This document shows positions 10,865 to 19,971 of a stretch of 64,000 nucleotides of DNA, piece after piece. Numbering within the stretch: position 1 is the first letter of the stretch; every line of letters begins with the position of its first letter. The stretch spans positions 992,001-1,056,000 of the forward strand of contig CAWBZI010000001.1 in the NCBI GenBank assembly GCA_963793265.1. The letters run 5' to 3'. This DNA is from an uncultured cyanobacterium. GTDB lineage: Bacteria; Cyanobacteriota; Cyanobacteriia; Phormidesmidales; Phormidesmidaceae. The translations under genes were made by a program, and so were the position numbers. The notes below the pieces were generated by a model. It searched no databases. It saw only the letters and a list, made by a program, of their open reading frames with translations, and had not been told where the DNA came from.

Positions 10865-11511
10865 GGGGTTTCGCTTGCTTGAGGAGAGGGCTGAGGATTC
10901 TGTTGATTGGGGAATAGGTCGCTGGTGACGGGTACCCAGTCGCCTGCTGCGATGACAACGCCGGGGCCGAGGCGAGAGGCTGAGCCGATGAAAGCGCCTG
11001 CACCAATTTTGATGGGATTGATGTAGAGCATCAGGTCTTGGCGTTTGGGTTTGATGACGTGGGCGTATAGGCCGACCTGATGACCGATGATGGCGTGATC
11101 GCCCACCTCCAAAAGCCCCCGATCTGCAATCTCCAATCCCGGTGCCCAGTACACCTGCTGCCCTACTTTCGCGCCCCATAGCCGTAACCACGCTGAAAAT
11201 GCGCCCGGTATAAGCCGCAGGATCGTTTCAAGCATTGGGAAAGCAATATAAACGAGCTGAATTTGATGAGCGCCCCACCACGGAGAATAATCATCGCCCT
11301 GTAAATAGCTAATGCCTTTGATAACGGGATAGAACCGATTGTGTAGTCGATAGACAAACAGCGGAAAGCCGTAGAGAGAAAATAATAGGAGACTTAACCA
11401 TAATATAATTTCTAATACGCTATTAGCGAGGCACAACCGTAGTAAGGAAAGTCCTGTCAGTGTGATCGCGACTGTGGGAAATAGCGAGAGTAATCGGCTA
11501 AGTAGTGTCAT
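10834..11511 (-). CDS. Membrane-anchored hexapeptide-repeat acyltransferase
   Basis: Two N-terminal TM segments; LRLWGAKVG, EVGDHAIIG, KIGAGAFIG..LGPGVVI left-handed beta-helix repeats. Confidence 0.8.
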   Translation of the reverse strand: MTLLSRLLSLFPTVAITLTGLSLLRLCLANSVLEIILWLSLLLFSLYGFPLFVYRLHNRFYPVIKGISYLQGDDYSPWWGAHQIQLVYIAFPMLETILRLIPGAFSAWLRLWGAKVGQQVYWAPGLEIADRGLLEVGDHAIIGHQVGLYAHVIKPKRQDLMLYINPIKIGAGAFIGSASRLGPGVVIAAGDWVPVTSDLFPNQQNPQPSPQASETPCETSSSVAG

Positions 11512-12254
11512 GACAATTTAAAAGGGTAGAACAGCTTTTGCCACAAAGTCAGCGATGTTTTTATCCCTAGAACGGCTGGTAGACTAATAGTGTTTTGTGC
11601 CGTACCGTGCAGCCGATCCCACAGTTTGAGATTAGCGCCAAAATTGCAGTTGTGGTTTTGTTGTCCGTGGTGACCGGCATGGTCTTGAGGCAGTATGAGC
11701 CAGGGTGAGAGTAGGAAATAGAGAAAGCTGTTAGGATTTGGCCCTAACTGAGAGTGTCGCCACAGGTCAAGTACGGCGGTTAGAGTGATGCCCCATAGAT
11801 AGCCGCTTGGATCTTGGAGTAAGTACAGCATGAGCGCGTGAATCCATAGGTACAGGATAAAAAAGCTGCTCCACAGGCTGTTTCGAGAGGTGCCTAATAC
11901 GTCTAGCTGCGTTACGGTGTGGTGCACCTGATGGAGGGGCCAGCCTTTTGTGTGTAGCCAGCGGTGATTCCAGTAGTAGGCATAGTCTACGACAACAACG
12001 CAGAATAAAAAGCTGAATAGTGGCGGCAGCGTGAGGCGGTGAGCAACGTGAGGAAATAGAAAATGCAAAGTGGTGGACAACAATCCAATTTGTAGCGCTG
12101 GAATCAGTACACCTTGAATGATCAAGCCGCTAACGTCTAGAATCCATTCGGCTTTAGGCTTATGGCGTAGCCGTTGCCAGTTGCCAGATCGCTTTATGCT
12201 AAGACCTATTAATAGCCAAAAGGTGATGAATATAGGCAGATCGAAGGGTGTCAT
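11508..12254 (-). CDS. Sterol desaturase / fatty-acid hydroxylase family protein
   Basis: His boxes YYWNHRWLH, HQVHH, HAGHH; NFGANLKLWDRLHGT. Confidence 0.88.
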   Translation of the reverse strand: MTPFDLPIFITFWLLIGLSIKRSGNWQRLRHKPKAEWILDVSGLIIQGVLIPALQIGLLSTTLHFLFPHVAHRLTLPPLFSFLFCVVVVDYAYYWNHRWLHTKGWPLHQVHHTVTQLDVLGTSRNSLWSSFFILYLWIHALMLYLLQDPSGYLWGITLTAVLDLWRHSQLGPNPNSFLYFLLSPWLILPQDHAGHHGQQNHNCNFGANLKLWDRLHGTAQNTISLPAVLGIKTSLTLWQKLFYPFKLS

Positions 12255-12257
12255 AGC

Positions 12258-13284
12258 TTATACCCAGAAGGTGATTTTGGCTGATTGGTTGGGAAGTTCG
12301 CGAGGGTCTTTGCCTTGAGCGATCGCATCTCGAATCGACTCCACAAACACGTGAATAGTGTCAGCAGGCGTATGCGTAAACCGTTCGCCATATTTGTTGA
12401 TTGTTTCACTTTGCAGCTTCAAAGCTGCGATGTCTTGGCTAATAATTTTTTGAGCCGTCCAGCGCACAAACGGGCGGGCCAACTGGTTCCAAATGCCGTA
12501 GTTGAAAGTTACGTCTGTGTAAACGAGGGTAGTAGTATCGCTTTCAGGAACGGATTGACTGGTGATGAAGCAGCGGCGCGGTTGTCCCAAAGTTTGGCCC
12601 ATGTCGTACTCTACGCTGGTGATGTTCGGCATTAGAAAACGGTCTACATGAACAATCTCTTTGCCCTGCGGATTTAAGAACCAGCCGAACCAACCAAGAT
12701 TGTCTGTCTCTTGGTGATAGGTAGCGGTGACGGTGCCATGACTTCTCTCTACGCTCATCTGTAGCGGCTGCTGCTTTGTCTGGCGAAAGATGCCGGGATG
12801 AACAGAGACAGTGTGAGGAATGTCGATGAAAGTTTTCAGCGCAGTTGGTGACCGTGTTTTGAAAGCGGTTAATGACGCGGACAGTTGACCAGTCTGGGGA
12901 CTGGTAGTGAGGCATGATGAAAGGGTCTGATGATGGTTGGGAGAGGCAAACGTAGATGTAGCCGTCTTGTTCTTTGGTGGCGTAGGCGATCGCCCCGCGA
13001 GATACTTTCGCACATGGGTTTTCCCCTTCAGCAGGAACCGCCACCACTTTGCCAGCGCGATCATATTGCCAGCCATGATAAGGGCACTGAACTTTACCCG
13101 CTTTGACTTTGCCAGCAGAAAGACGGCTGTTGCGATGAATGCAGCGATCTTGCAAGGCAACTGGTTTGTTGTTCTCATCACGAAAGATAACGAGCCACTC
13201 GTCTAAGATGGTTCGCGCTAAGGCTGTTTTTTCGGTGAGCTGTTCGCTTTGGGCCACGACATACCAAAAGTTTGAGAAGTTCAT
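12258..13284 (-). CDS. Rieske non-heme iron oxygenase (frameshift near 12830)
   Basis: CIHR..CPYH Rieske motif; ENFIDIPHTVSVH iron-site motif is restored by removing one T. Confidence 0.85.
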
Positions 13285-13565
13285 GTCTTTAGCGGCGAAA
13301 GGGAAAGGTCGCCAGTCGCGTGAATTTGGCAGGCTAGACGGACAGCAGGATTTTGAGGTGCGAGAATGCTGAGGACTTCTTTTTCTTCGGAAGTCGGTGG
13401 CAGGAGTTCACCTGTAGCGGATACGAGACAAGTGCCACAGATACCAGTGCGACAGCCGAAAAGAATAGGTGAGTTTTGAAGCGTGAGCGCGATTGAAAGG
13501 GGCTGATTATTAATAGTGACGGCGGGATATTGGCTGTCAGGGAAGTGAACGATGTGAGAGTTCAT
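13281..13565 (-). CDS. 2Fe-2S ferredoxin
   Basis: GCRTGICGTC...RLACQ; ATGA overlaps with both neighbours. Confidence 0.88.
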   Translation of the reverse strand: MNSHIVHFPDSQYPAVTINNQPLSIALTLQNSPILFGCRTGICGTCLVSATGELLPPTSEEKEVLSILAPQNPAVRLACQIHATGDLSLSPLKT

Positions 13566-14554
13566 GCTTGCTTTGACCATTGAGAGGGAATTAAGTCGTT
13601 TACGTATCTGATGTATTCCGTTAAGGGGCGGTCGATAGGCAACAGGTTTTGTGGATTGAACTGAATGTTGTCGTATATTTGGCCATCTTCACCACGTAGA
13701 GCGTAGTAACAGAGTTGAGTGAGGAGCAATAGCATTGTGTTTATCAGCCAGCCAATCGGGCCTTTGCGCTTACGGGTGACGTAGATCGGCTGTATGCGTG
13801 TGCCGCCTGAAGCGAGGGGAACGTAGGCATATAACAAATGGAGCGGCGGTAGGAAGCGCACGTTTTTCATCATGGTTAGCAGCCCTACGCAGCCATGTGA
13901 ATAGCGCATGGAATAGGTATAGGTGTGGCCCAGTATTTTTTGACCGATGCCTGTGGGTAAGTCTCCGGTGAGGGTGAAGTCAATCTGGCCCTTTTCATCT
14001 TCCCGATCTAAAGAGAGTGACATATCGACAGGCAGATTATGCACAGTCTGTAAATGCTGCACGTCGATGCCGTTCATCATACAGATGTGGTGATGGCATT
14101 TACGTTCCAGGGTTTTATCGGCGCGGGTGATGATTTCGTGGCCTTTGAGTTCGTCAAATTCGGGGAGGCTTGAGGGGGCGATCGCATCAGGATAAACCCA
14201 AACAAACCCATACTTCTCTTCGGTCGCATAAGCCTGAAGCCTCGCGTTCGCGGGTATGTGCGACTGACAGGGAATCTGTTGACAAACGCCCGACTCGTCA
14301 AAAGCCCAATGGTGAAAAAAGCAGCGGGCTTGATTACCCACCACGTCGCCAATGCCTAAATCTGTGCCCATGTGCGGACAGTAGGCGTCGAGCGATCGCA
14401 CCCTTCCATCCTCACCTCTAAACACCGCAATCCGCTGGCCGCACACATCGAAAGACTGAATGCTTTTAACAGGCAAAGCATCACTAGCACAAACGATATA
14501 CCAGCCTTTTACAACAACATCAGGATTATTGAAAATAGTCAGCCCCATAGTCAT
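13562..14554 (-). CDS. Rieske non-heme iron oxygenase
   Basis: CPHMG..CFFH; NGIDVQHLQTVH; C-terminal EDGQIY. Confidence 0.9.
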   Translation of the reverse strand: MTMGLTIFNNPDVVVKGWYIVCASDALPVKSIQSFDVCGQRIAVFRGEDGRVRSLDAYCPHMGTDLGIGDVVGNQARCFFHHWAFDESGVCQQIPCQSHIPANARLQAYATEEKYGFVWVYPDAIAPSSLPEFDELKGHEIITRADKTLERKCHHHICMMNGIDVQHLQTVHNLPVDMSLSLDREDEKGQIDFTLTGDLPTGIGQKILGHTYTYSMRYSHGCVGLLTMMKNVRFLPPLHLLYAYVPLASGGTRIQPIYVTRKRKGPIGWLINTMLLLLTQLCYYALRGEDGQIYDNIQFNPQNLLPIDRPLTEYIRYVNDLIPSQWSKQA

Positions 14555-15720
14555 TCTCCTTTTGCTTTCAAAAATCTGGGCAAAGCTCGCCGTTGCACTG
14601 CTAGATAGCTTTCTACTGATGCTTTAGCCATAACAGCCATTTGTTGATTGCTCGGCCAAATGTAGGTAAGCGGTGCGATATACGCCCGGTAGGCGCTCAT
14701 TGCTTCGTAGTGAGTCTGATAGCTTTGATGCAGTCCTTCCGACTCTTGGGTAAAGCACTGCTGCATCATCTCCTTAGTTTGTTGTATGTCGAGTGCAAAA
14801 AGAGGCGATCGCAATAATCTATAAACCGTTTCATACAGGCCAGGATCGTGCCAAAAAATGCCGTTAATAACCACAGAAAACGTAGAATGGTCGCGCTGAC
14901 AACCACGAATGCCTAAGTTTGCAATCTGTCGCTCAAGCTTAGTTGGTGCATCCAAACAGTTAATGACCTCTTGAGAAATGAGCGTAGAGCTATTGAAGTG
15001 AAAGCTTTCGTCTAAGAAATGATAGTGAGAAACCTGGCTAGGAATCGGCGCAGAGTCAGCGTCATTAGCACAATATTGGCTGAGCTGATGCTGTACGAGC
15101 TTACCGTTTAGCGTACGCAGGCCGCGCACCGTAAAATACTGACAGGCGAGAAACGTGTTGCTTGCCGATACAAGTCCAAAAACCTGTAGCTGTAGCTGCT
15201 TCCATTTCTTTTTTAGCTCGCTAGTATCAGCAAATAGCATCGTTTCAGTAAACGGGCCGCGCATCGGATAGCTGAATAAAGGCGAATCAAACAGGGCGGC
15301 TTCTGTGCGACGGGCAATCGTTTGAAAGGCTTCAATATGCGTACGTTCCTGAACAGATTCGAGGTCTAACATATTGCAGATATCGCTAAAACCTGCATGG
15401 GCGTAGAGCCCGGTGGCACTGGTTTGATTGAAGTAGATAGTCGCAATTTCAGCGGAGATAATTTGGGAGTAGTAGGCAACCCAGTAAAGATGATTGAGGG
15501 TTCGGCGCTGGTCTTCGGTGGCTTGCTCCCATAGCGGCGTACCGTAGAGAAGAGAGAACTTTTCAGACTGCCAGTATTGATCTTTGCAGTCTTCATAGCA
15601 GAAGTCTCGTGCTGTTTCCTTCAGCTTTTCGGTTTGATCTTGCTGCTGGTTTCGTCGGTAGTTGAGCTGAATTTTTCGGTTTAATAAATCTGTTGTAGGA
15701 CGTGCTGCGGTGGCAATCAT
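14551..15720 (-). CDS. AurF/CylC-like dimetal-carboxylate enzyme (possible halogenase or N-oxygenase)
   Basis: SAEIAT, QERTH and HFLDESFH ferritin-like ligand motifs; N-terminal SLLYGTPLWEQAT..LNHLYW. Confidence 0.75.
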   Translation of the reverse strand: MIATAARPTTDLLNRKIQLNYRRNQQQDQTEKLKETARDFCYEDCKDQYWQSEKFSLLYGTPLWEQATEDQRRTLNHLYWVAYYSQIISAEIATIYFNQTSATGLYAHAGFSDICNMLDLESVQERTHIEAFQTIARRTEAALFDSPLFSYPMRGPFTETMLFADTSELKKKWKQLQLQVFGLVSASNTFLACQYFTVRGLRTLNGKLVQHQLSQYCANDADSAPIPSQVSHYHFLDESFHFNSSTLISQEVINCLDAPTKLERQIANLGIRGCQRDHSTFSVVINGIFWHDPGLYETVYRLLRSPLFALDIQQTKEMMQQCFTQESEGLHQSYQTHYEAMSAYRAYIAPLTYIWPSNQQMAVMAKASVESYLAVQRRALPRFLKAKGE

Positions 15721-15721
15721 T

Positions 15722-16636
15722 TTATAAAGTGCCTTCGACTAGGCACTGAGAAGGGGGCAGTGGGGAAAATAAGCTTTTGCTGTCTAAGATTTCTGCGATA
15801 CTGGGGGCGGTTGGGGCGATGAGCGATCGCAACAAACTCAACCTTCGCCCACTATGCCTTTCTGTCTCTAACTCTGATAGCGTCGTGACAGCTTGAGTGC
15901 GAGAAAGTCCGCCTTTTGTAAGAGCGATCGCGCCCAAAACCCGCTGCGGCCCAACTCTCACCATCTGTAAAAAGGCCGCTAGCGTATCCACAATTGCATT
16001 CTGGCTAGCAGCAGTCAGCCTATCACTATCAAACAGCGTCACACCTGCGCTATGGTGCTTTGCCTCAGCCTGTAAAAAGCTATGGAACATTTTAGACAGC
16101 TCAGGATTGCAACAGCTTTTACTTAGCGAGCGGTAGTGGCTGAGTCCCCAGCCTTCTAATACGACTTGAATGACGAATATTAGAACTGTGCGATCGCTCT
16201 TTTCTAAAAGAGACTCTAGAATCTGTAAAAAAGGATCGTAGGTGCTTAAGTGATCGCGAATCAGCGGCTTTAACTGCGCCAAATGCATTGCCTCATCGGC
16301 GCTAAATAACGCATATAGCATTCTCTCCTCAGTCGTCTCAGCCATCAGCGTCATTTTCGACATGTAGCCAACGCCCGCCTTTTCAATAAAGCATGACTCA
16401 GACAAGAGCCCTTGACTGGCAATCTGCAAAATTTGGGTTTGTTCTTCAGCAGAAGACTCTTGAAAAAGAGACACTGAATTCAAACCAAAAGATTCCGCAT
16501 TCCAAGGCGGCTCGCATAGCGGATCTATTGCCTTCGTCTGCCTGTCTCTCAGCGCGGCATCTAGAATCTTATTAAGCTTGTGATTAGGTGTGATCGCCGG
16601 TAGATCTAATCCTGCAATAGAAGACATATTTTTCAT
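15722..16636 (-). CDS. Ferritin-like diiron protein
   Basis: IEKAG, DEAMH, LEGWG, AEAKH (E..ExxH..E..ExxH pattern). Confidence 0.8.
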   Translation of the reverse strand: MKNMSSIAGLDLPAITPNHKLNKILDAALRDRQTKAIDPLCEPPWNAESFGLNSVSLFQESSAEEQTQILQIASQGLLSESCFIEKAGVGYMSKMTLMAETTEERMLYALFSADEAMHLAQLKPLIRDHLSTYDPFLQILESLLEKSDRTVLIFVIQVVLEGWGLSHYRSLSKSCCNPELSKMFHSFLQAEAKHHSAGVTLFDSDRLTAASQNAIVDTLAAFLQMVRVGPQRVLGAIALTKGGLSRTQAVTTLSELETERHSGRRLSLLRSLIAPTAPSIAEILDSKSLFSPLPPSQCLVEGTL

Positions 16637-17635
16637 GTGACTCGGCTCCAGGTTTTCCAATTCAACGCAGGCTGTTGTTCTACGTGTTTTACAAACTCTA
16701 GAATGGACGCATCCGCTTGAATGGGCGCTTTGAAGTCAAACTTGATGCTATCGAAAACTTCGCGATCACCCTTCGCAAAATAACTCGCCACCCCTTTCGT
16801 AATCGCCAGCCGCACCCGATTAAACAACCAGCCACCGACTCCTCGACCGCTTAGGCGTCAACAATACCACCCATCCCTCAGTCATACCGCCTGCCGCCGG
16901 ACGCAGCGCAAACATCAAATAAAAGTTAAGGAAGTCTGGCCCCACCGTCACCGTGCCCGTACTGCCATACCAATAACAAAGCCGGTACGTCACCGCCTCA
17001 GGATACAGAGGCCGAATGAGTTTTACAAACTTAGAAGCCTCACCGCCCCGCGTCGTATTACGAAAGGTCAGTGCGCTTTCATTTAGCGCCTTTGTTTCAA
17101 ACCGAATCTCTAAGGGTAAATCGTGCACCGAATTAAAATGATGCGCGTCAATCGCGTTAATCAGCACGACATTAGGATGACAGTTGCGCTTAAAAAATCC
17201 GCTTAAAGCCGAATCGCACTCGCAGTTCTCAAGTTCAGGTACATACGGCAAAGGTAACTTCTCACTTTCTCCTACCCATACCCAAACCAAACCATAGCGC
17301 TCAGCAGTCGGCCAAGATTTCACCGTTCTATCCGGCAGTGAAGAGAACCCCGGCGCTGCCACACACTCACCACATTCATCGAATTTCCAACAGTGCAGCG
17401 GACAGCGAATCTGCCCCTTTTCTACCGTTCCTTGAGCCAGCGGCGCGCCTAAATGAGGACAGTAGGCATCCAGCGCAACCGGCTCATCTGTTTGGTTACG
17501 ATAGAGAACTAAATCCCTTCCCAACAAAGTTACAGCCTGCGGACGAGACTTTAACTCTTTTGAAGGAATTGCCCAATACCAGCCCTGAGCAAACCGTTCA
17601 GCCTGATTAAAAATCTTAGCTGATACCGTTTTCAT
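16633..17635 (-). CDS. Rieske non-heme iron oxygenase (frameshift near 16848)
   Basis: CPHLG..CPLH; NAIDAHHFNSVH; C-terminus GWLFNRVRLAITKGVASYFAKGD continues in the neighbouring frame. Confidence 0.85.
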
Positions 17636-17638
17636 AGG

Positions 17639-18391
17639 TCACGTCCTCGGGGTAGCTCGCAGAGGCAAAGCGGCCTCAGACGATTGCGACGAATCACCAA
17701 ACCACATTCGTCGCCCGGCCCGCGTCAAGTTATCTTCCGAAATCTCTGTCAAACACACCAACTCATCTCCCCGATCTGCCCCCGGATTCTGTTGTGCAAA
17801 AAATCGAACATGTGGATTACGCAATCGCTCGGGCGGAATGCCTTCCAAATGGCCTCTAAGCTGCTGAGGGGCGGGCAAGCGAACAACACCCGCCGCTTCG
17901 TCATACCATTCGCCAAACTGACGGCGACAGAGAAACTGCATAAGGCGGCGAGACTTTGATGGGATAGGCCGATCATGGCGAGGGTAAAAGGTTTGCCAAA
18001 ACGTCGGCATAAATCGGTAGGTGCGAAAGCCCGATGAAATCAAGAGCCAGTAGAGTTTGGCACCTTCGTATTGTTCTTTTAGCTGATTGACGGCGGCTAT
18101 CCAGGCTACAGACAGCGCTGAGCTTGACCACACGCTCGGATCAACAATCGTATCACCCGAATACACAACGGTAATCAGCTCGCCTTCAAAGGTGATGTCA
18201 TACATCAGTAACGTTGAGAATCCTTTTAGCGCCCGGCTTTCATCTTTTAGCAGCAGCACCCAATTTTTTAGGCCGAGATCGGTTTCAAACACCTCTGGCG
18301 TCGCCCCAGCAAAGTGAGCGTTCAACAAACCATACATAGCCGCTTTGTCTGTGGCTGTGAGCGCGGTGGTTTTGATCAGTTCGGTTTGCAT
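17639..18391 (-). CDS. Hypothetical protein, probable GNAT-like acyltransferase; first gene of the operon
   Basis: LKGFST..VVYSGDTIVDP..YWLLISSGFRTYRF; the fold assignment is inference. Confidence 0.6.
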   Translation of the reverse strand: MQTELIKTTALTATDKAAMYGLLNAHFAGATPEVFETDLGLKNWVLLLKDESRALKGFSTLLMYDITFEGELITVVYSGDTIVDPSVWSSSALSVAWIAAVNQLKEQYEGAKLYWLLISSGFRTYRFMPTFWQTFYPRHDRPIPSKSRRLMQFLCRRQFGEWYDEAAGVVRLPAPQQLRGHLEGIPPERLRNPHVRFFAQQNPGADRGDELVCLTEISEDNLTRAGRRMWFGDSSQSSEAALPLRATPRT

Positions 18392-18546
18392 AACGTGCGA
18401 TCGCCTCATTGCGTTGACCCCATTATGCAAGCCCAAGTCGTGAAGCCAAAAGGTTTAAACCGCAGGCCACTTTCTTAGCCTGAAACAGGGTGAAGTGCTA
18501 TGAATCAATCTTTCCCGTTTTGAGCCAGTCGCCTTTAGATGCTGCC

Positions 18547-18909
18547 CTAAATGTAATAAGACTGCTGCGCGACTACCCAGATTATCAGCGCCGCGATCGC
18601 CCCACCCAAACACAGAACCAAAGCCCAGATTAGCCAGCCCTCACGGCCAGTCGATTGCGCCTCAGCTTCAGCCGTTTCATTCTCAAGATGCTGCTTTACC
18701 AAGCCCGGCACCAAATGCGGCTGCACATGCAGACACCACGTTTTCTCAGGCACCATCAAAACCGTTGGCCCGCTACCGCACTGACCCAAACACCCAGAGG
18801 CTTCCACCTCAGTTCCTTCAGGCACAGTCTTCTCAAACGCCTTCAGCACCTTTTTAGCGCCCTGCTTTGTACAAGTTGTATTTTGGCAAACAAGTACCTT
18901 GTGATCCAT
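18547..18909 (-). CDS. Thioredoxin-like (2Fe-2S) ferredoxin with C-terminal TM
   Basis: VCQNTTC..SGCLGQCGSGP; hydrophobic tail. Confidence 0.85.
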   Translation of the reverse strand: MDHKVLVCQNTTCTKQGAKKVLKAFEKTVPEGTEVEASGCLGQCGSGPTVLMVPEKTWCLHVQPHLVPGLVKQHLENETAEAEAQSTGREGWLIWALVLCLGGAIAALIIWVVAQQSYYI

Positions 18910-18949
18910 TTAACCCGTCCGTTTAAGCAGTTTTGCAAAAGACAGCTCT

Positions 18950-19855
18950 CTAAGCGTCTGCCAATAGCTCCAAAAAGCCTTTGAGCGTCGCTGAGTTATA
19001 GTCTGCTCGCCAAACTGCCAGCATTTTTCGAGTTAAGTCTAGCCCAGAAATCTCTCGATAAACGACACCCTTACGATGCAAATTTAAAACGTTGCTGGGC
19101 AAAATAGCCAGCCCCACGCCCGCCGCCACCAGGCTCAAAATCGTCAGCATCCAGGTAGCATCTACAAGCTGAGGCTGAAATCCCGCCGTCTCACAAGCTT
19201 CTACAAACGCCTGATAAAAAGGGAATGCCTGAACGTTTGGCACAATCAAAGGCTCCTCTGCTAGCGCAACCAGTTCAACAGCGTTTTGACTAGCGAGCGG
19301 ATGATCCTCAGGGAGGGCTAAAACCAAAGTTTCTTCAGCGACCACCTGCCAGTGCAGTCCTCGATTGTCTAGCTGTAAGGGTGAAATTACCTCGAAGCCA
19401 ATGTCTAGCTGGCCCGTTGCGATCGCTTCAATTTGCGCCTCGGCAGTGAGTTCATTAAACGTAAAAGTGACTTGAGGATAGCGATCGCGAAACCGTCGCA
19501 ACAAATCAGGAAAAACACTATTCGCCGCCGAACTCGCTAGCCCTATCGTCAAATGCCCAATATCGCCCTGAGCCGCGCGTTTAGCCTGTGCCAGCGCCTG
19601 CTCAATCTGTTCCATCGCCCGCGTAGCCTCTGTCAAAAAGACTTTTCCCGCTGGCGTCAAATGCACCGGACGCTTACGCCGATCGAACAGTGTCACCTTC
19701 AGCTTTTTCTCCAAAGCCTTAATCCGCTGACTCAACGGCGGCTGTTCAATATGTAGCCGCTCCGCCGCCTGACTAAAGCTATTGTCACACTCTACCACCA
19801 TCAAAAAATAACAGATTTGCCGAATTTCTAGGCTGCTTAACTTTAGTAAGTCCAT
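18950..19855 (-). CDS. LysR-family transcriptional regulator
   Basis: SFSQAAERLHIEQPPLSQRIKALE HTH; LVAAGVGLAILP. Confidence 0.95.
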   Translation of the reverse strand: MDLLKLSSLEIRQICYFLMVVECDNSFSQAAERLHIEQPPLSQRIKALEKKLKVTLFDRRKRPVHLTPAGKVFLTEATRAMEQIEQALAQAKRAAQGDIGHLTIGLASSAANSVFPDLLRRFRDRYPQVTFTFNELTAEAQIEAIATGQLDIGFEVISPLQLDNRGLHWQVVAEETLVLALPEDHPLASQNAVELVALAEEPLIVPNVQAFPFYQAFVEACETAGFQPQLVDATWMLTILSLVAAGVGLAILPSNVLNLHRKGVVYREISGLDLTRKMLAVWRADYNSATLKGFLELLADA

Positions 19856-19971
19856 AGTGTAAAACTAACTACAATATTTCAGATAGTATCTTAGATTGAG
19901 TAAATGACTATAGGCAGTATTCAAATAGCTTTGTAAGTTGAGATAGATTCACGAGTTCAAAGGAACATTCA

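Noticed and set aside
12258..13181. 307-aa ORF as an independent gene
   Set aside because: Its C-terminal part is the frameshifted second half of the Rieske gene; its N-terminal part is out-of-frame noise
18547..19855. LysR and thioredoxin-like ferredoxin as part of the biosynthetic operon
   Set aside because: They are separated from it by about 155 bp with no translational coupling, and LysR is divergent from the oxoprolinase gene, its more likely target; not fully excluded
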